Positions 17,346 through 26,101 of a stretch of DNA of 55,452 nucleotides are shown piece by piece. Below the pieces are notes generated by a model. The model searched no databases. It was not told the DNA's origin and saw only the letters and a program-made list of their open reading frames with translations. Position numbers and translations under genes: made by a program. Origin of the DNA: a virus (Duplodnaviria; Caudoviricetes); IMG/VR virus record IMGVR_UViG_3300021408_000080, positions 1-55,452 of that record. One strand, given 5' to 3'. How positions within the stretch are numbered: position 1 is the stretch's first letter; every line of letters starts with the position of its first letter.

Positions 17346-17557
17346 GGTTCTACAAGCTGCACCTGAAGAGCCACACCAACGGGAGCGTGGGCTACGAGTT
17401 CTTCGCCAACCGCGAGGCCGCGGACAAGCGCTGGCGCGAATGGGGCAAGGAAGCCGACCACTACTTCGCCGACATCGACACGATCGACGTCACGCCTACG
17501 AAGGCTGGCATCCTGTCGGCGCTCAACGATTTCGCGGGGCACCCAAACAATGGCTAA
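17342..17557 (+). CDS. Hypothetical protein
   Basis: ATGA-coupled. Confidence 0.65.
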   Translation: MRFYKLHLKSHTNGSVGYEFFANREAADKRWREWGKEADHYFADIDTIDVTPTKAGILSALNDFAGHPNNG

Positions 17558-17756
17558 GCGGACGATGCGCAACATCCCGCCTGGGTGGGCCGAGTTCATG
17601 ACCGGCCTGGAAGGGCTTGAGCGATACGCTCGGGAAAACAGCCTTCCAATCGCGGCGCGCGGGCTGAACAACGCGAAGAACGCTGCGGGCTGGGAACTGT
17701 CCGGCAACCTCGATCGCGCCGTCAAGGCAACCAGGGGGGAGCGCTGCGATGGCTGA
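17550..17756 (+). CDS. Hypothetical protein
   Basis: Overlapping tandem ORF. Confidence 0.6.
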   Translation: MAKRTMRNIPPGWAEFMTGLEGLERYARENSLPIAARGLNNAKNAAGWELSGNLDRAVKATRGERCDG

Positions 17757-17976
17757 GCGAGTCTTCACGATTGTCGAGCGCGCGCCGGACTGGCGGCTTG
17801 AAGTCTGGACCAAGGAGCGGGCGCGCGGGCGGCTGCTCTACCAGGGCAACCTGGACCAGATGATGGGCAAGGCCTCGGCCTGCGCCACGCTCACCACGGA
17901 TGCCGTCCACATCCTGCCGCGCACGGCGGCCGACTGGTATTCGTCCATCGCAACCTACAACGGGAGACCAACATGA
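17749..17976 (+). CDS. Hypothetical protein
   Basis: Overlapping tandem ORF with RBS. Confidence 0.6.
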   Translation: MAERVFTIVERAPDWRLEVWTKERARGRLLYQGNLDQMMGKASACATLTTDAVHILPRTAADWYSSIATYNGRPT

Positions 17977-18179
17977 GCCGATACGATCCGGACGACGGAG
18001 ACGAGCCAGAATTCATGGACCCAGGCGGCAAGAGCGCCCTGCGGGCCGCGTCGAAGAAGAACCCGCGCAACCTTCCCTGTCCCTCGTGCGGCCAGCCCAA
18101 CAGGCTGACGCCGAAGGACAAGGCGCTCGGCTACCAGTGCGACGATTGCGCTGATCGTGACGAACGTGGAGGGCCATGA
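17973..18179 (+). CDS. Small Zn-ribbon protein
   Basis: CPSC...CDDC. Confidence 0.7.
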   Translation: MSRYDPDDGDEPEFMDPGGKSALRAASKKNPRNLPCPSCGQPNRLTPKDKALGYQCDDCADRDERGGP

Positions 18180-18406
18180 TGACCGCGCCGCCCGTCACGG
18201 TGGTGACGACGATAGGGACAACACTAGAGTTGTTCGATCTCATGCAGGTTCTGCGCAAGATGATACCCGCAAATGATCGCGGCTGGCACATGATGGAGAT
18301 CCAGATTGCCCTGTGTCAGCCCGACGGCCCCGACGGCGCCATGCTCGAAGACGCCCTGACGATCTACATCAATCGCCATCTTGTAGCGCACCATCACGCG
18401 ATATGA
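18176..18406 (+). CDS. Hypothetical protein
   Basis: ATGA-coupled. Confidence 0.55.
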   Translation: MMTAPPVTVVTTIGTTLELFDLMQVLRKMIPANDRGWHMMEIQIALCQPDGPDGAMLEDALTIYINRHLVAHHHAI

Positions 18407-18414
18407 GGGAACCC

Positions 18415-18879
18415 ATGATGAAGCTCGGAGACGCCTTGGTCTTACTGGACAACATCGCCAAGAACGACCCCGTGCCCTGCAATGGCTGCACGGCCTGCTG
18501 CCGCGGCAACCAGGCGGTATGTCTACGCGAGGGCGATGACCCCGAGGCCTACGGCCAGAACCTCAACTGGGAGAACTGCCACGGCACGATGCAGTTGACC
18601 CTTAAGCGTCAGAAGAGCGGGGACTGCAACTTCCTCGTGCTGGGCGCATGCTCGATCTACGCCAAGCGACCGACCGTCTGCCGGCGCTTCGACTGCCGCC
18701 GAATCGTGGCCATGCTCACCCCCAGCGAGCGCAAGCAGGCGGTGCGCAATAAGCTCTTCGACCAGGAGATCATGGACGCTGGCGTTGACCGTCTGCCGAC
18801 GCTGACATTGACGCCCGAAGAGGAGCACCTGCGCGATGGCGGGCTCGGCGACATGATGCGGGATCGGGGACTGCTATGA
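18415..18879 (+). CDS. YkgJ-family (CxxCxxCC) cysteine-cluster protein
   Basis: CNGCTACC...DCNFL...CSIYAKRPTVCRRFDC. Confidence 0.85.
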   Translation: MMKLGDALVLLDNIAKNDPVPCNGCTACCRGNQAVCLREGDDPEAYGQNLNWENCHGTMQLTLKRQKSGDCNFLVLGACSIYAKRPTVCRRFDCRRIVAMLTPSERKQAVRNKLFDQEIMDAGVDRLPTLTLTPEEEHLRDGGLGDMMRDRGLL

Positions 18880-19145
18880 CCAGCCAGACCTTCCCGACCG
18901 GCATCTTGCACAACACCAAGACCGGACGCTTCCACCCGATCACGTTCCGAATCGCGCCCATGCCCGGCAACGCCGAGCAGGGCCCGGCCTACCGGCATAA
19001 GTCGCTGGGGCACCACACCGAGGGCTTCGACACGCTCGAACAGGCGCAGGAATGGGTGACGAACGACCCGAACTGCGACGATCGCGGCACGACCTACCTC
19101 TGGGACGGCGAGGGCATCCCGGCCATGGTGGATTGGTTCGTATGA
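18876..19145 (+). CDS. Hypothetical protein
   Basis: ATGA-coupled. Confidence 0.65.
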   Translation: MTSQTFPTGILHNTKTGRFHPITFRIAPMPGNAEQGPAYRHKSLGHHTEGFDTLEQAQEWVTNDPNCDDRGTTYLWDGEGIPAMVDWFV

Positions 19146-19453
19146 CGCCTGGCGAGATCAAAGCTATGCGCGAGAAGCTCGGCCTGTCGACGGCGGAGTT
19201 CGGCCGCGCGCTCGGGCTGACGAAGGACAACGCCTCGCGCGTGGTCCGGTCCTGGGAAGAGGGCGAGATCCGCAAAGGTCGCCCGTCCGTGCCGAGCGCG
19301 ACCGCGATCATGGCGATGAAGTATCTCGCCGCCATCTGCGACGTGTTCGGCAAGGATTACACCCACGCCCACCACGAGATCGAGGAATCGTTCCGACAGG
19401 TGCTGCCGCCGTTCATGACGGCGCACCTGCCATTCAGGAGGAGGGGGGTCTGA
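19142..19453 (+). CDS. XRE-family HTH protein
   Basis: MTPGEIKAMREKLGLSTAEFGRALGL...VVRSWEEG. Confidence 0.85.
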   Translation: MTPGEIKAMREKLGLSTAEFGRALGLTKDNASRVVRSWEEGEIRKGRPSVPSATAIMAMKYLAAICDVFGKDYTHAHHEIEESFRQVLPPFMTAHLPFRRRGV

Positions 19454-19674
19454 TGTCCAAGCAACCGTTGGGGAAGTTGACGATCGACACGGGACTCGCC
19501 TTGGCATATCGCGACCTGGAGGACGCGCGCCTGGCGCAGGCCTCCTTCTCCCGCAACAAGGCGAACGTCGATGCCATCCGCCATCACCGGGCGAACGGCA
19601 TGTCGAGGACTCGCCTCGAACAGATCTACGGCAAGCAGCTGGTCTACATCGCGATCCAGCAGGGGGACGAGTAA
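19453..19674 (+). CDS. Hypothetical protein
   Basis: TGATG-coupled, RBS. Confidence 0.6.
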   Translation: MSKQPLGKLTIDTGLALAYRDLEDARLAQASFSRNKANVDAIRHHRANGMSRTRLEQIYGKQLVYIAIQQGDE

Positions 19675-20115
19675 ATGAGATACGGGCTGATCGACCCGCG
19701 CACGCGGCAGTACGACGTGGTGGTGGCTGACGAACTGCCACTGTCGCTCGTCGGTCTTACCAACTCTGAGACAGATCACGGCGCTGTCGCGCCCAGGCTC
19801 ATGATCGTGGTCTACGAATACAGTCTGTTCGTCCCGCCTGAGAAGCAGAGCTATTTCGCCATCGGTCGCCAACTCTTCGGCGGCGTGGCGGTGCTTTACC
19901 GCGTCGACAAGGATGGCGAGACGATTGATTTCACATGGCCGATCGCGCCAAAGGTGCGCTGGTTCGCCGATCGCGCCGCCGTCGAGCGTGAGATCGAGGC
20001 CCGACTTCTCGACCGCCCGGTGATGTCTATTAGCAGTGGCAATGAGGTCCGTGTGTTCTGGCAGTGGCCAGACCCGCGGCCGGACATCGGCCCGATCATT
20101 AAGGGGCTAGTCTGA
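19675..20115 (+). CDS. Hypothetical protein
   Basis: Abutting ORF. Confidence 0.65.
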   Translation: MRYGLIDPRTRQYDVVVADELPLSLVGLTNSETDHGAVAPRLMIVVYEYSLFVPPEKQSYFAIGRQLFGGVAVLYRVDKDGETIDFTWPIAPKVRWFADRAAVEREIEARLLDRPVMSISSGNEVRVFWQWPDPRPDIGPIIKGLV

Positions 20116-20996
20116 TGCCCGCTGAAACCAAAATAGGCTGGACTGATGCCACGCATAATCCGATCGCCGGGTGCTCCATCGAGAGCCCTGGGTGTACAAA
20201 TTGCTATGCTCAGAGCCTCGCCGGCACGCGGCTCGCGCAGCACCCGATGTACGGTGGCACCACCAGCCCATCGAAGACGGGCCCGGTGTTCAACGGGCGG
20301 CTGACCGAGCACCCGAATCCTGACGTCTTCCTGTGGCCGATGCGCTGGAAGGGTGCGAAGAACCCGCGCCTGGGTCCGGGCAAGCGGTCCATGATCTTCG
20401 TCGCCGACATGAGCGACCTCTTCCACCCGAACCGGCCGCTTGAGACGATCGACAAGGTCGTGGACCCGTGCTTCGCCTCGCCGCACATCTGCCAGTTCCT
20501 GACCAAGCGCCCGCGTTTCATGGCCAACTACTTCGATTGCTGGCGCCCGACGTTGAAGCCTACGCCGAACTTCTGGCTCGGCTTCTCGGCCGAGGACCAA
20601 ACGCGCTTCGATGAACGCTGGCCGATCATGCGCGGCCTCGCCGAGGCGGGATGGATTGTCTTCTGCTCCTACGAGCCCGCAATCGGCCGTCTCGTGCTGC
20701 CGCCCGACTTCCTGGCCTTCAGGGAGCGCGTCTGGATCATCATCGGCGGCGAGTCCGGCCCGAAGGCGCGGGTCTACAACATGAAGTGGGGCGAGAGCAT
20801 CATCGAACGCTGCCAGGCCCAGGGAGTTGCGGTGTTCAACAAACAGGCGGGTGCGCGCCCGTATTATGGTCCGGCCGACTATTCGACGTTCGTCCTGAAT
20901 CCGGTGGATCTGAAGCACAAGAAGGGCGAGGACATGGCCGAGTGGCCTGAAGCTATGCGCGTCCGCGAGTGGCCCAAGGCGGGGATCACAGCATGA
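20115..20996 (+). CDS. DUF5131 / phage Gp37Gp68-family protein
   Basis: TKIGWTDATHNPIAGCSIESPGCTNCYA, IFVADMSDLFH, QFLTKRP, WIIIGGESGP. Confidence 0.92.
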   Translation: MPAETKIGWTDATHNPIAGCSIESPGCTNCYAQSLAGTRLAQHPMYGGTTSPSKTGPVFNGRLTEHPNPDVFLWPMRWKGAKNPRLGPGKRSMIFVADMSDLFHPNRPLETIDKVVDPCFASPHICQFLTKRPRFMANYFDCWRPTLKPTPNFWLGFSAEDQTRFDERWPIMRGLAEAGWIVFCSYEPAIGRLVLPPDFLAFRERVWIIIGGESGPKARVYNMKWGESIIERCQAQGVAVFNKQAGARPYYGPADYSTFVLNPVDLKHKKGEDMAEWPEAMRVREWPKAGITA

Positions 20997-21241
20997 GCAA
21001 CAACCCGATCCGCGACCTGGTCAAGCGTGTGGATCTCGCTGAGGTCGCGCACATGCGCCACCTGGCGGGCAAGGCGATCGCGAAGCACTGCGATAAGCGT
21101 ATCGCCAAGGCGCGCAAGTGCATGGGCGTGCTGGCCGACCTGTGCGAGCGCTACGCCAACGATGGCATGCACCTTCCGAACTCGGAGCGGAAGCTCCACA
21201 AAGTCGCCAAGATGGCGCGCAAATACGAGCAAGACCTATGA
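20993..21241 (+). CDS. Hypothetical protein
   Basis: ATGA-coupled. Confidence 0.6.
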   Translation: MSNNPIRDLVKRVDLAEVAHMRHLAGKAIAKHCDKRIAKARKCMGVLADLCERYANDGMHLPNSERKLHKVAKMARKYEQDL

Positions 21242-21471
21242 CCCTCCAGGGAACTAACGCGACCGTCGAATCCGTGAGGACGTGCGTCACGTGCCGGCGC
21301 GCGAGCTTCAACGGCTATTTGGCGGGCTCGGATTTCGCGCCCAAATACCCCAGTGACGCGGAGCGCTGCGAGCACGGGGTGCCGCGCCTGATCTGCCAGC
21401 ATGGTCGTGAATTCTGCTCGGTCCCAGGGTGTCAGGAGGACGTGATCGTTTGCACGCCGGACACGCCATGA
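21238..21471 (+). CDS. Small Cys-rich protein
   Basis: CVTC, CEHG, CQHG, CSVPGC. Confidence 0.55.
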   Translation: MTLQGTNATVESVRTCVTCRRASFNGYLAGSDFAPKYPSDAERCEHGVPRLICQHGREFCSVPGCQEDVIVCTPDTP

Positions 21472-21731
21472 CCGACCGTCGGCTGGTGAACGCGATCGAA
21501 GAGGCCAAGCGCCAGCAGGCGTTGGTGTGGTCCGGCCTTCGCCAAGCGGGGCAGATCCTGGACGCCGTGAATCCACAGGGCATCCTCGATGTGATCGCGG
21601 CCGAGAACGGCTGGGACTCGGCCGATCCCGACATGGAGCGGAAACGACAGCTGCTTGAAGCAGCAGCGCAGTTCCTGCGCGAGTGGAACCGCATCAGGAC
21701 CGAAGCCCTCGCCGAAAAGGACGGGCTATGA
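21468..21731 (+). CDS. Hypothetical protein
   Basis: ATGA-coupled. Confidence 0.6.
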   Translation: MTDRRLVNAIEEAKRQQALVWSGLRQAGQILDAVNPQGILDVIAAENGWDSADPDMERKRQLLEAAAQFLREWNRIRTEALAEKDGL

Positions 21732-22681
21732 AGGTCACCGGCGCCATCTTTTCAGCCCCCATGGTGCTGGCGCTGCTCGATGGTCGCAAGACCCAAACGC
21801 GCCGCTTGGCGTGGATCGCGCGCCTGGACAAAGGGACCAACAACCAGTGGAAGCGTGCCCCATCGCCCTGGCAGACGCTGAAGCCGGGCGACTTGCTCTA
21901 CGTGCGCGAGCAAACCACGCGCTCCGGCGGCATGCTGCAATATGTGGCTGACCACAAGACGAGCGGGCACCTCTGGCCGCATAAATGGACCCGCGATCCG
22001 GCCTCGCCGCTGCACTTGCCACGCGCGTTCAGCCGCCTGACGCTTGAGGTGGTCGCGAACCGCGTCGAGCCGGTGCAGTTGATATCGCGGGCCGATGCCA
22101 TCGCCGAGGGATTGCAGATGGTATCCAGCAATATCGAGGAGTTATTCAGGTGGCCACCGCCTTTCGATGACGCCTTATGGCTATCCCCGACCGGCGCATA
22201 CCAGGATCTGTGGACCAATTTGCATGGCGCGTCTTCCTGGGACGCCAACCCGGAGGTCTGCGCCGTCACGTTCATCGTCCACACCATGAACGTGGGCCGC
22301 TTTCTCGCCTCGAAGCGCGTTGCGGCCGTGGCCGACAGCTTCTCCGATGGCGTGCGCAAGGGTGAGATCGCGGGCTTCAAGATGGACGACCGCGAGTGCC
22401 TATGGCCGGAGAACCTTGCCGGCGTCGAGCATCTGGGCAAGGGCGCCCTCATCCGCTTCACCGGATTCAACGGCGGTGAAGCCGACCAGGAATTCGCCCA
22501 ACGCCTGCTGACGGTCGACGCCTTCTACACGATGATGGATACCGACGTGCGCTCACGGTCGACATCGATCTACCTGAAAGAGCACCCGGGTATCGGATTC
22601 AACAGCGTCATGTTCTCGGCGCGCCACAGGCGTGGATGCGACTGCGATATGTGCACCGATCGAGGGGAAATGGGCGGATGA
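21728..22681 (+). CDS. ASCH/PUA-like phage protein with C-terminal extension
   Basis: IFSAPMVLALLDGRKTQTRR, PGDLLYVRE, LPRAFSRLTLEV, SWDANPEVCAVTF. Confidence 0.75.
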   Translation: MKVTGAIFSAPMVLALLDGRKTQTRRLAWIARLDKGTNNQWKRAPSPWQTLKPGDLLYVREQTTRSGGMLQYVADHKTSGHLWPHKWTRDPASPLHLPRAFSRLTLEVVANRVEPVQLISRADAIAEGLQMVSSNIEELFRWPPPFDDALWLSPTGAYQDLWTNLHGASSWDANPEVCAVTFIVHTMNVGRFLASKRVAAVADSFSDGVRKGEIAGFKMDDRECLWPENLAGVEHLGKGALIRFTGFNGGEADQEFAQRLLTVDAFYTMMDTDVRSRSTSIYLKEHPGIGFNSVMFSARHRRGCDCDMCTDRGEMGG

Positions 22682-22887
22682 AGGGCAAGAGCCGTGGACA
22701 ACCACCATTCGTGATCGTGCGCCGTGGCAAGGGCAAGGAGCTCTTCGTCAGCGTGCTCTTCGCGCCGATCCCGACCGAGCCTATGCTCCACGTCGTCGCG
22801 GTGATTCCAGTTACCCACGAAGTGGCGTCACGCCCGCTGGCCGAGCTCCAAGCCATGGCAAACCGCGCAGTAGTGGACAAGCCATGA
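22678..22887 (+). CDS. Hypothetical protein
   Basis: ATGA-coupled. Confidence 0.55.
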   Translation: MKGKSRGQPPFVIVRRGKGKELFVSVLFAPIPTEPMLHVVAVIPVTHEVASRPLAELQAMANRAVVDKP

Positions 22888-23987
22888 AGAACCTCACGGC
22901 CGCCTTGTGGATCTGTGCTGGCCTGGCGCTCTCCGTCGGGATGACGATCATGCTCACGGCGGCCGCGGGGTTGGTCTACGGGGGCAAGTACGTCAGCGCC
23001 GGCCTGGTGCTCTACGCCACCATGGCGATCGTCGCGGCCTTCACCGGAGACGCGCGCTGGTGGCTGATCGTCCGGGGCATCTTCTGGGTCGTGGGCGCCA
23101 TAGCGATCTCGTTGATGTGCTTCTGGATCGATGACAGCGCCATGACCGGACTGCTCTGGGCCGGCATCGCCGGATCAAGCATGCCCAACCTTCTGAGACT
23201 TTGGCGAGGAGACAGCAGCCATGGACATAGGACCAGCAGTGCGCAGACGTCGAGTGATCCCAGTGGAGAACCCGATACCGCAGGAACACGAGCCGTGCTT
23301 GCCCAAGCCATCGCCAACGGTATCGCCACAGGAATCCCCAACGCCTCCATCGCCGTCATCGCCCCGGAAGGTTCCGGCTTAGCGGTCTACGGGCCAGGCA
23401 TGTATCGCCAGTTGAGAGCGCAGTTGGGCAACGAGTGGGCCGCCCAGACGTGCCTGAAGGTAATCGTCCGGTCTTCCTTGGACACGAACCGAGGCATCGT
23501 GCTCGGCAACGTGTTCAAGTGCCAAGCGCCGGATTTCACGGTGGTAGCAGGCCAAGAGCCCAAGCCCTTGGAGTTCGAGCCGCTTGAGGTCGGCGAGATC
23601 GTGGCCTATCGCGCGTGGCTGTTGACCTTCGATGGCCTGCTTACCAGCGTGCACATCAAGCACGCATTGTGGAAGCCGGGTCACCCGATGCAGGGCAAGA
23701 TCAACGACGTCTTCATCTACGGAGAGGGCGGCGGGGTGCATGCGGCGAAGGACGTCGAGGCCGTGCGCGAATACATCGGCGACGTCCAGACCTACGACAT
23801 GGCGACCGACAGCTATCGCACCTTAGTCATCGGCACGGTGGTGCTCTGGGGTGAGGTCATCGAGCACGAGAGGGGCTATCGGGCTGAATACGCTCAGATC
23901 GCTTCGCTGGACGAGATCACAGGCGACAATCCAGAGGCCCTGCGCAGGCTGCGCGAGACCTATGGTCTGGTGCACCCCAATGTCTGA
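22884..23987 (+). CDS. Membrane protein fused to a phage domain of unknown function
   Basis: About four hydrophobic helices at the N-terminus; C-domain VAYRAW...GVHAAK...IGTVVLWGEVIEHERGYRAEYA. Confidence 0.7.
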   Translation: MKNLTAALWICAGLALSVGMTIMLTAAAGLVYGGKYVSAGLVLYATMAIVAAFTGDARWWLIVRGIFWVVGAIAISLMCFWIDDSAMTGLLWAGIAGSSMPNLLRLWRGDSSHGHRTSSAQTSSDPSGEPDTAGTRAVLAQAIANGIATGIPNASIAVIAPEGSGLAVYGPGMYRQLRAQLGNEWAAQTCLKVIVRSSLDTNRGIVLGNVFKCQAPDFTVVAGQEPKPLEFEPLEVGEIVAYRAWLLTFDGLLTSVHIKHALWKPGHPMQGKINDVFIYGEGGGVHAAKDVEAVREYIGDVQTYDMATDSYRTLVIGTVVLWGEVIEHERGYRAEYAQIASLDEITGDNPEALRRLRETYGLVHPNV

Positions 23988-24234
23988 TCATCGGGACAGC
24001 GATATGTCGCTTGAGATCGCGCTCGAGGGGGTCATCAAGCTCAACAGTACGATCATGGCGAAGGCGCTGGACCTGGAACGCCAAGTCGCGGCCGTCCGCG
24101 CCCAGGGCCACAGCGATGCGCAGATCCCACTCGATGATCTCGACCGCTTCGTCAAGTTCCTGCGCGACGTCGCGAGGCTGCAAGAGCTTCTGGTTCAGGG
24201 CGTTGAAATGGCAATGCCGAAGGGGAGCGCATGA
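23980..24234 (+). CDS. Hypothetical protein
   Basis: Overlapping tandem ORF. Confidence 0.55.
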   Translation: MSDHRDSDMSLEIALEGVIKLNSTIMAKALDLERQVAAVRAQGHSDAQIPLDDLDRFVKFLRDVARLQELLVQGVEMAMPKGSA

Positions 24235-24428
24235 GCAAGCTGCATTTGAACCTCAACCGTGTCGAACCCGACGTCAGGCGCGCCGAAATGATGGGGACCA
24301 GGTTCATCGAGGGCCTGATGACGATCGACGCCGCCGGCAGGCGCACGGTGTTCCAGGCGATCGGCGCCGCGTTCTGCATGGGATGCGGCTCGAACAACCC
24401 CACGTGCCGCTGTCAGGAGGGCAAATGA
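24231..24428 (+). CDS. Small Cys-containing protein
   Basis: FCMGCG...CRC; ATGA-coupled. Confidence 0.6.
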   Translation: MSKLHLNLNRVEPDVRRAEMMGTRFIEGLMTIDAAGRRTVFQAIGAAFCMGCGSNNPTCRCQEGK

Positions 24429-24658
24429 CCAGGCAAGAGCACCTGAAGTGGGCCAAGGAGCGCGCGCTAGAGTACGTGGACGTTGGCGACCTGGCGAACG
24501 CCGTAGCGTCCATGACCTCCGATATCCAGAAGCACGATGAAACCGCCTACACGGGCGAGGCCGCGGCCACGCTCGCATTACTCGTGCATGTGGCCACACT
24601 CGACGTGATGAACGGCAACGCGCGCGCCGTGCGCCAATGGGTAGAGGGGTTCACATGA
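24425..24658 (+). CDS. Hypothetical phage protein
   Basis: MTRQEHLKWAKERALEYVD; AGGAGG RBS. Confidence 0.7.
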   Translation: MTRQEHLKWAKERALEYVDVGDLANAVASMTSDIQKHDETAYTGEAAATLALLVHVATLDVMNGNARAVRQWVEGFT

Positions 24659-24801
24659 ACCCGCCCAAGTGCCGATCCTGCGGCAAGATCGAGTGGCAGC
24701 ACATCTGCAAGGGCCCAGCTGCGCCACTCGCGCTCAGGGGCCGTGCGAGCAAGCCGCCCAAGGTCGCGAAGCCAAAGCCGAAGAAGGCGAAGAGCGCATG
24801 A
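24655..24801 (+). CDS. Small basic Zn-finger-like protein (48 aa, not in ORF track)
   Basis: MNPPKCRSCGKIEWQHIC...KPKPKKAKSA; ATGA on both sides. Confidence 0.6.
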   Translation: MNPPKCRSCGKIEWQHICKGPAAPLALRGRASKPPKVAKPKPKKAKSA

Positions 24802-25178
24802 GCAAGATCACGATCACGGGCGACCAGGCCATCCTCGAATGGTTCAAGCCCTCGTTCGATGCGTTCCTCGCGATGGTCGACAAGGACGAGACCATCATCG
24901 GTGGCGTGCTCGGCCTGACGATCGAGCCTGTGGGCTGTGCGGTGCGCGCCAAGATCGAGACCACGAGCCTTCCCGCAGCTGGGGCTGCGATATTGCGGGT
25001 GATCGAGACCCTTGCCGGCAACCATGAGACGCTGGTGCGCAGCGCGCCCGAGGCCCAAAGCACCGAGGACCCTGAGATCGGCACGCTGCATTTCTACGGG
25101 TGCGCGCGCTTCCACGTCCTGAACCGCGCAGGCAAGACGTCGGTGATGGCGCCGGCCCTGCCATGGGTGGACAAATGA
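24798..25178 (+). CDS. Hypothetical protein
   Basis: ATGA-coupled. Confidence 0.6.
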   Translation: MSKITITGDQAILEWFKPSFDAFLAMVDKDETIIGGVLGLTIEPVGCAVRAKIETTSLPAAGAAILRVIETLAGNHETLVRSAPEAQSTEDPEIGTLHFYGCARFHVLNRAGKTSVMAPALPWVDK

Positions 25179-25423
25179 CCCGCGACAAGGTGTACGCCGC
25201 GGTGTTCAGGGCCGCCCGCGAGATCAACGTCAACCTGCCTCTCACCGAGGCCACGCTGATCCACGCTGACCTCGGCTTCGACAGCCTGGACATCGTCGAG
25301 TTCCAGATGGCGGTCGAGGAGCACCTCCCCGGCGCCGTCGATATGGTGGGCGCCTTCGACATCGGGGAAACCGACACCTTGGGCACGGTCGCCGAACGCA
25401 TCCTCGCAGGACCAACCAGATGA
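25175..25423 (+). CDS. Acyl carrier protein-like
   Basis: 82 aa, acidic; ADLGFDSLDIVEFQMAVEE phosphopantetheine motif; TLGTVAERI final helix. Confidence 0.85.
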   Translation: MTRDKVYAAVFRAAREINVNLPLTEATLIHADLGFDSLDIVEFQMAVEEHLPGAVDMVGAFDIGETDTLGTVAERILAGPTR

Positions 25424-25499
25424 CCGACGAACCCTCCCAATGCACGCCGATCAGATCGGTAAGCCTGGCTTCGTCAAACCAACAGAAGGAGCATGAGGG

Positions 25500-25712
25500 A
25501 TGAGCACACCGGCCCCATGTCCGAACTGCGGCCAGTACCACCCCGTGAGCCCGTGCCCGTATCTGTTCCCGAACAGTGCTCCTGCGCCACATCAGCCTGC
25601 GGCACAGTTAGGCGCGCACGTCATCGTTCCACACGGCTGCATCTGCCCGCCGACAAGCGAGCAGACGTGCCAAGGGCCATGGTGCCCGCGTCGCGCGTTG
25701 ACGCCCCCATGA
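25500..25712 (+). CDS. Small Cys/Pro-rich protein
   Basis: CPNCGQYHPVSPC, GCICPPTSEQTCQGPWCPR; RBS. Confidence 0.6.
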   Translation: MSTPAPCPNCGQYHPVSPCPYLFPNSAPAPHQPAAQLGAHVIVPHGCICPPTSEQTCQGPWCPRRALTPP

Positions 25713-26101
25713 CCCACGAGATCATAGACGCCTCCGAAATGTCCTTTGACACCGTCATCGCCAGGCTCCTGATCAATGCCAAGAGCCCGCACGTGGTCGT
25801 CACCCCTCTCGTCTGGGTGCCAAGCGATGGCACATCCGCCAAGCGCATCTATTTCTGCATAGCGACAGGGCCTGACTTCAAGGTCGATGCCGTGAACTGT
25901 GATAGCGACGACCCAGCCGCGCTCATGGATGCCGTGATCCTCGCCATTGCTGCGACCGACCCACCAAAGATCGTCCACATCACGTGCACCGAGCTCCAAG
26001 CCGCCAGCCTCTGCGCCACCCTATGGCCAGGGAAGAAGACCGCTGAAATGCTGAAGACCGTCGAGAGCGAGAAGCCCCAAACAAATGAGTGGTCGCACTG
26101 A
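25709..26101 (+). CDS. Hypothetical protein
   Basis: ATGA-coupled. Confidence 0.6.
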   Translation: MTHEIIDASEMSFDTVIARLLINAKSPHVVVTPLVWVPSDGTSAKRIYFCIATGPDFKVDAVNCDSDDPAALMDAVILAIAATDPPKIVHITCTELQAASLCATLWPGKKTAEMLKTVESEKPQTNEWSH

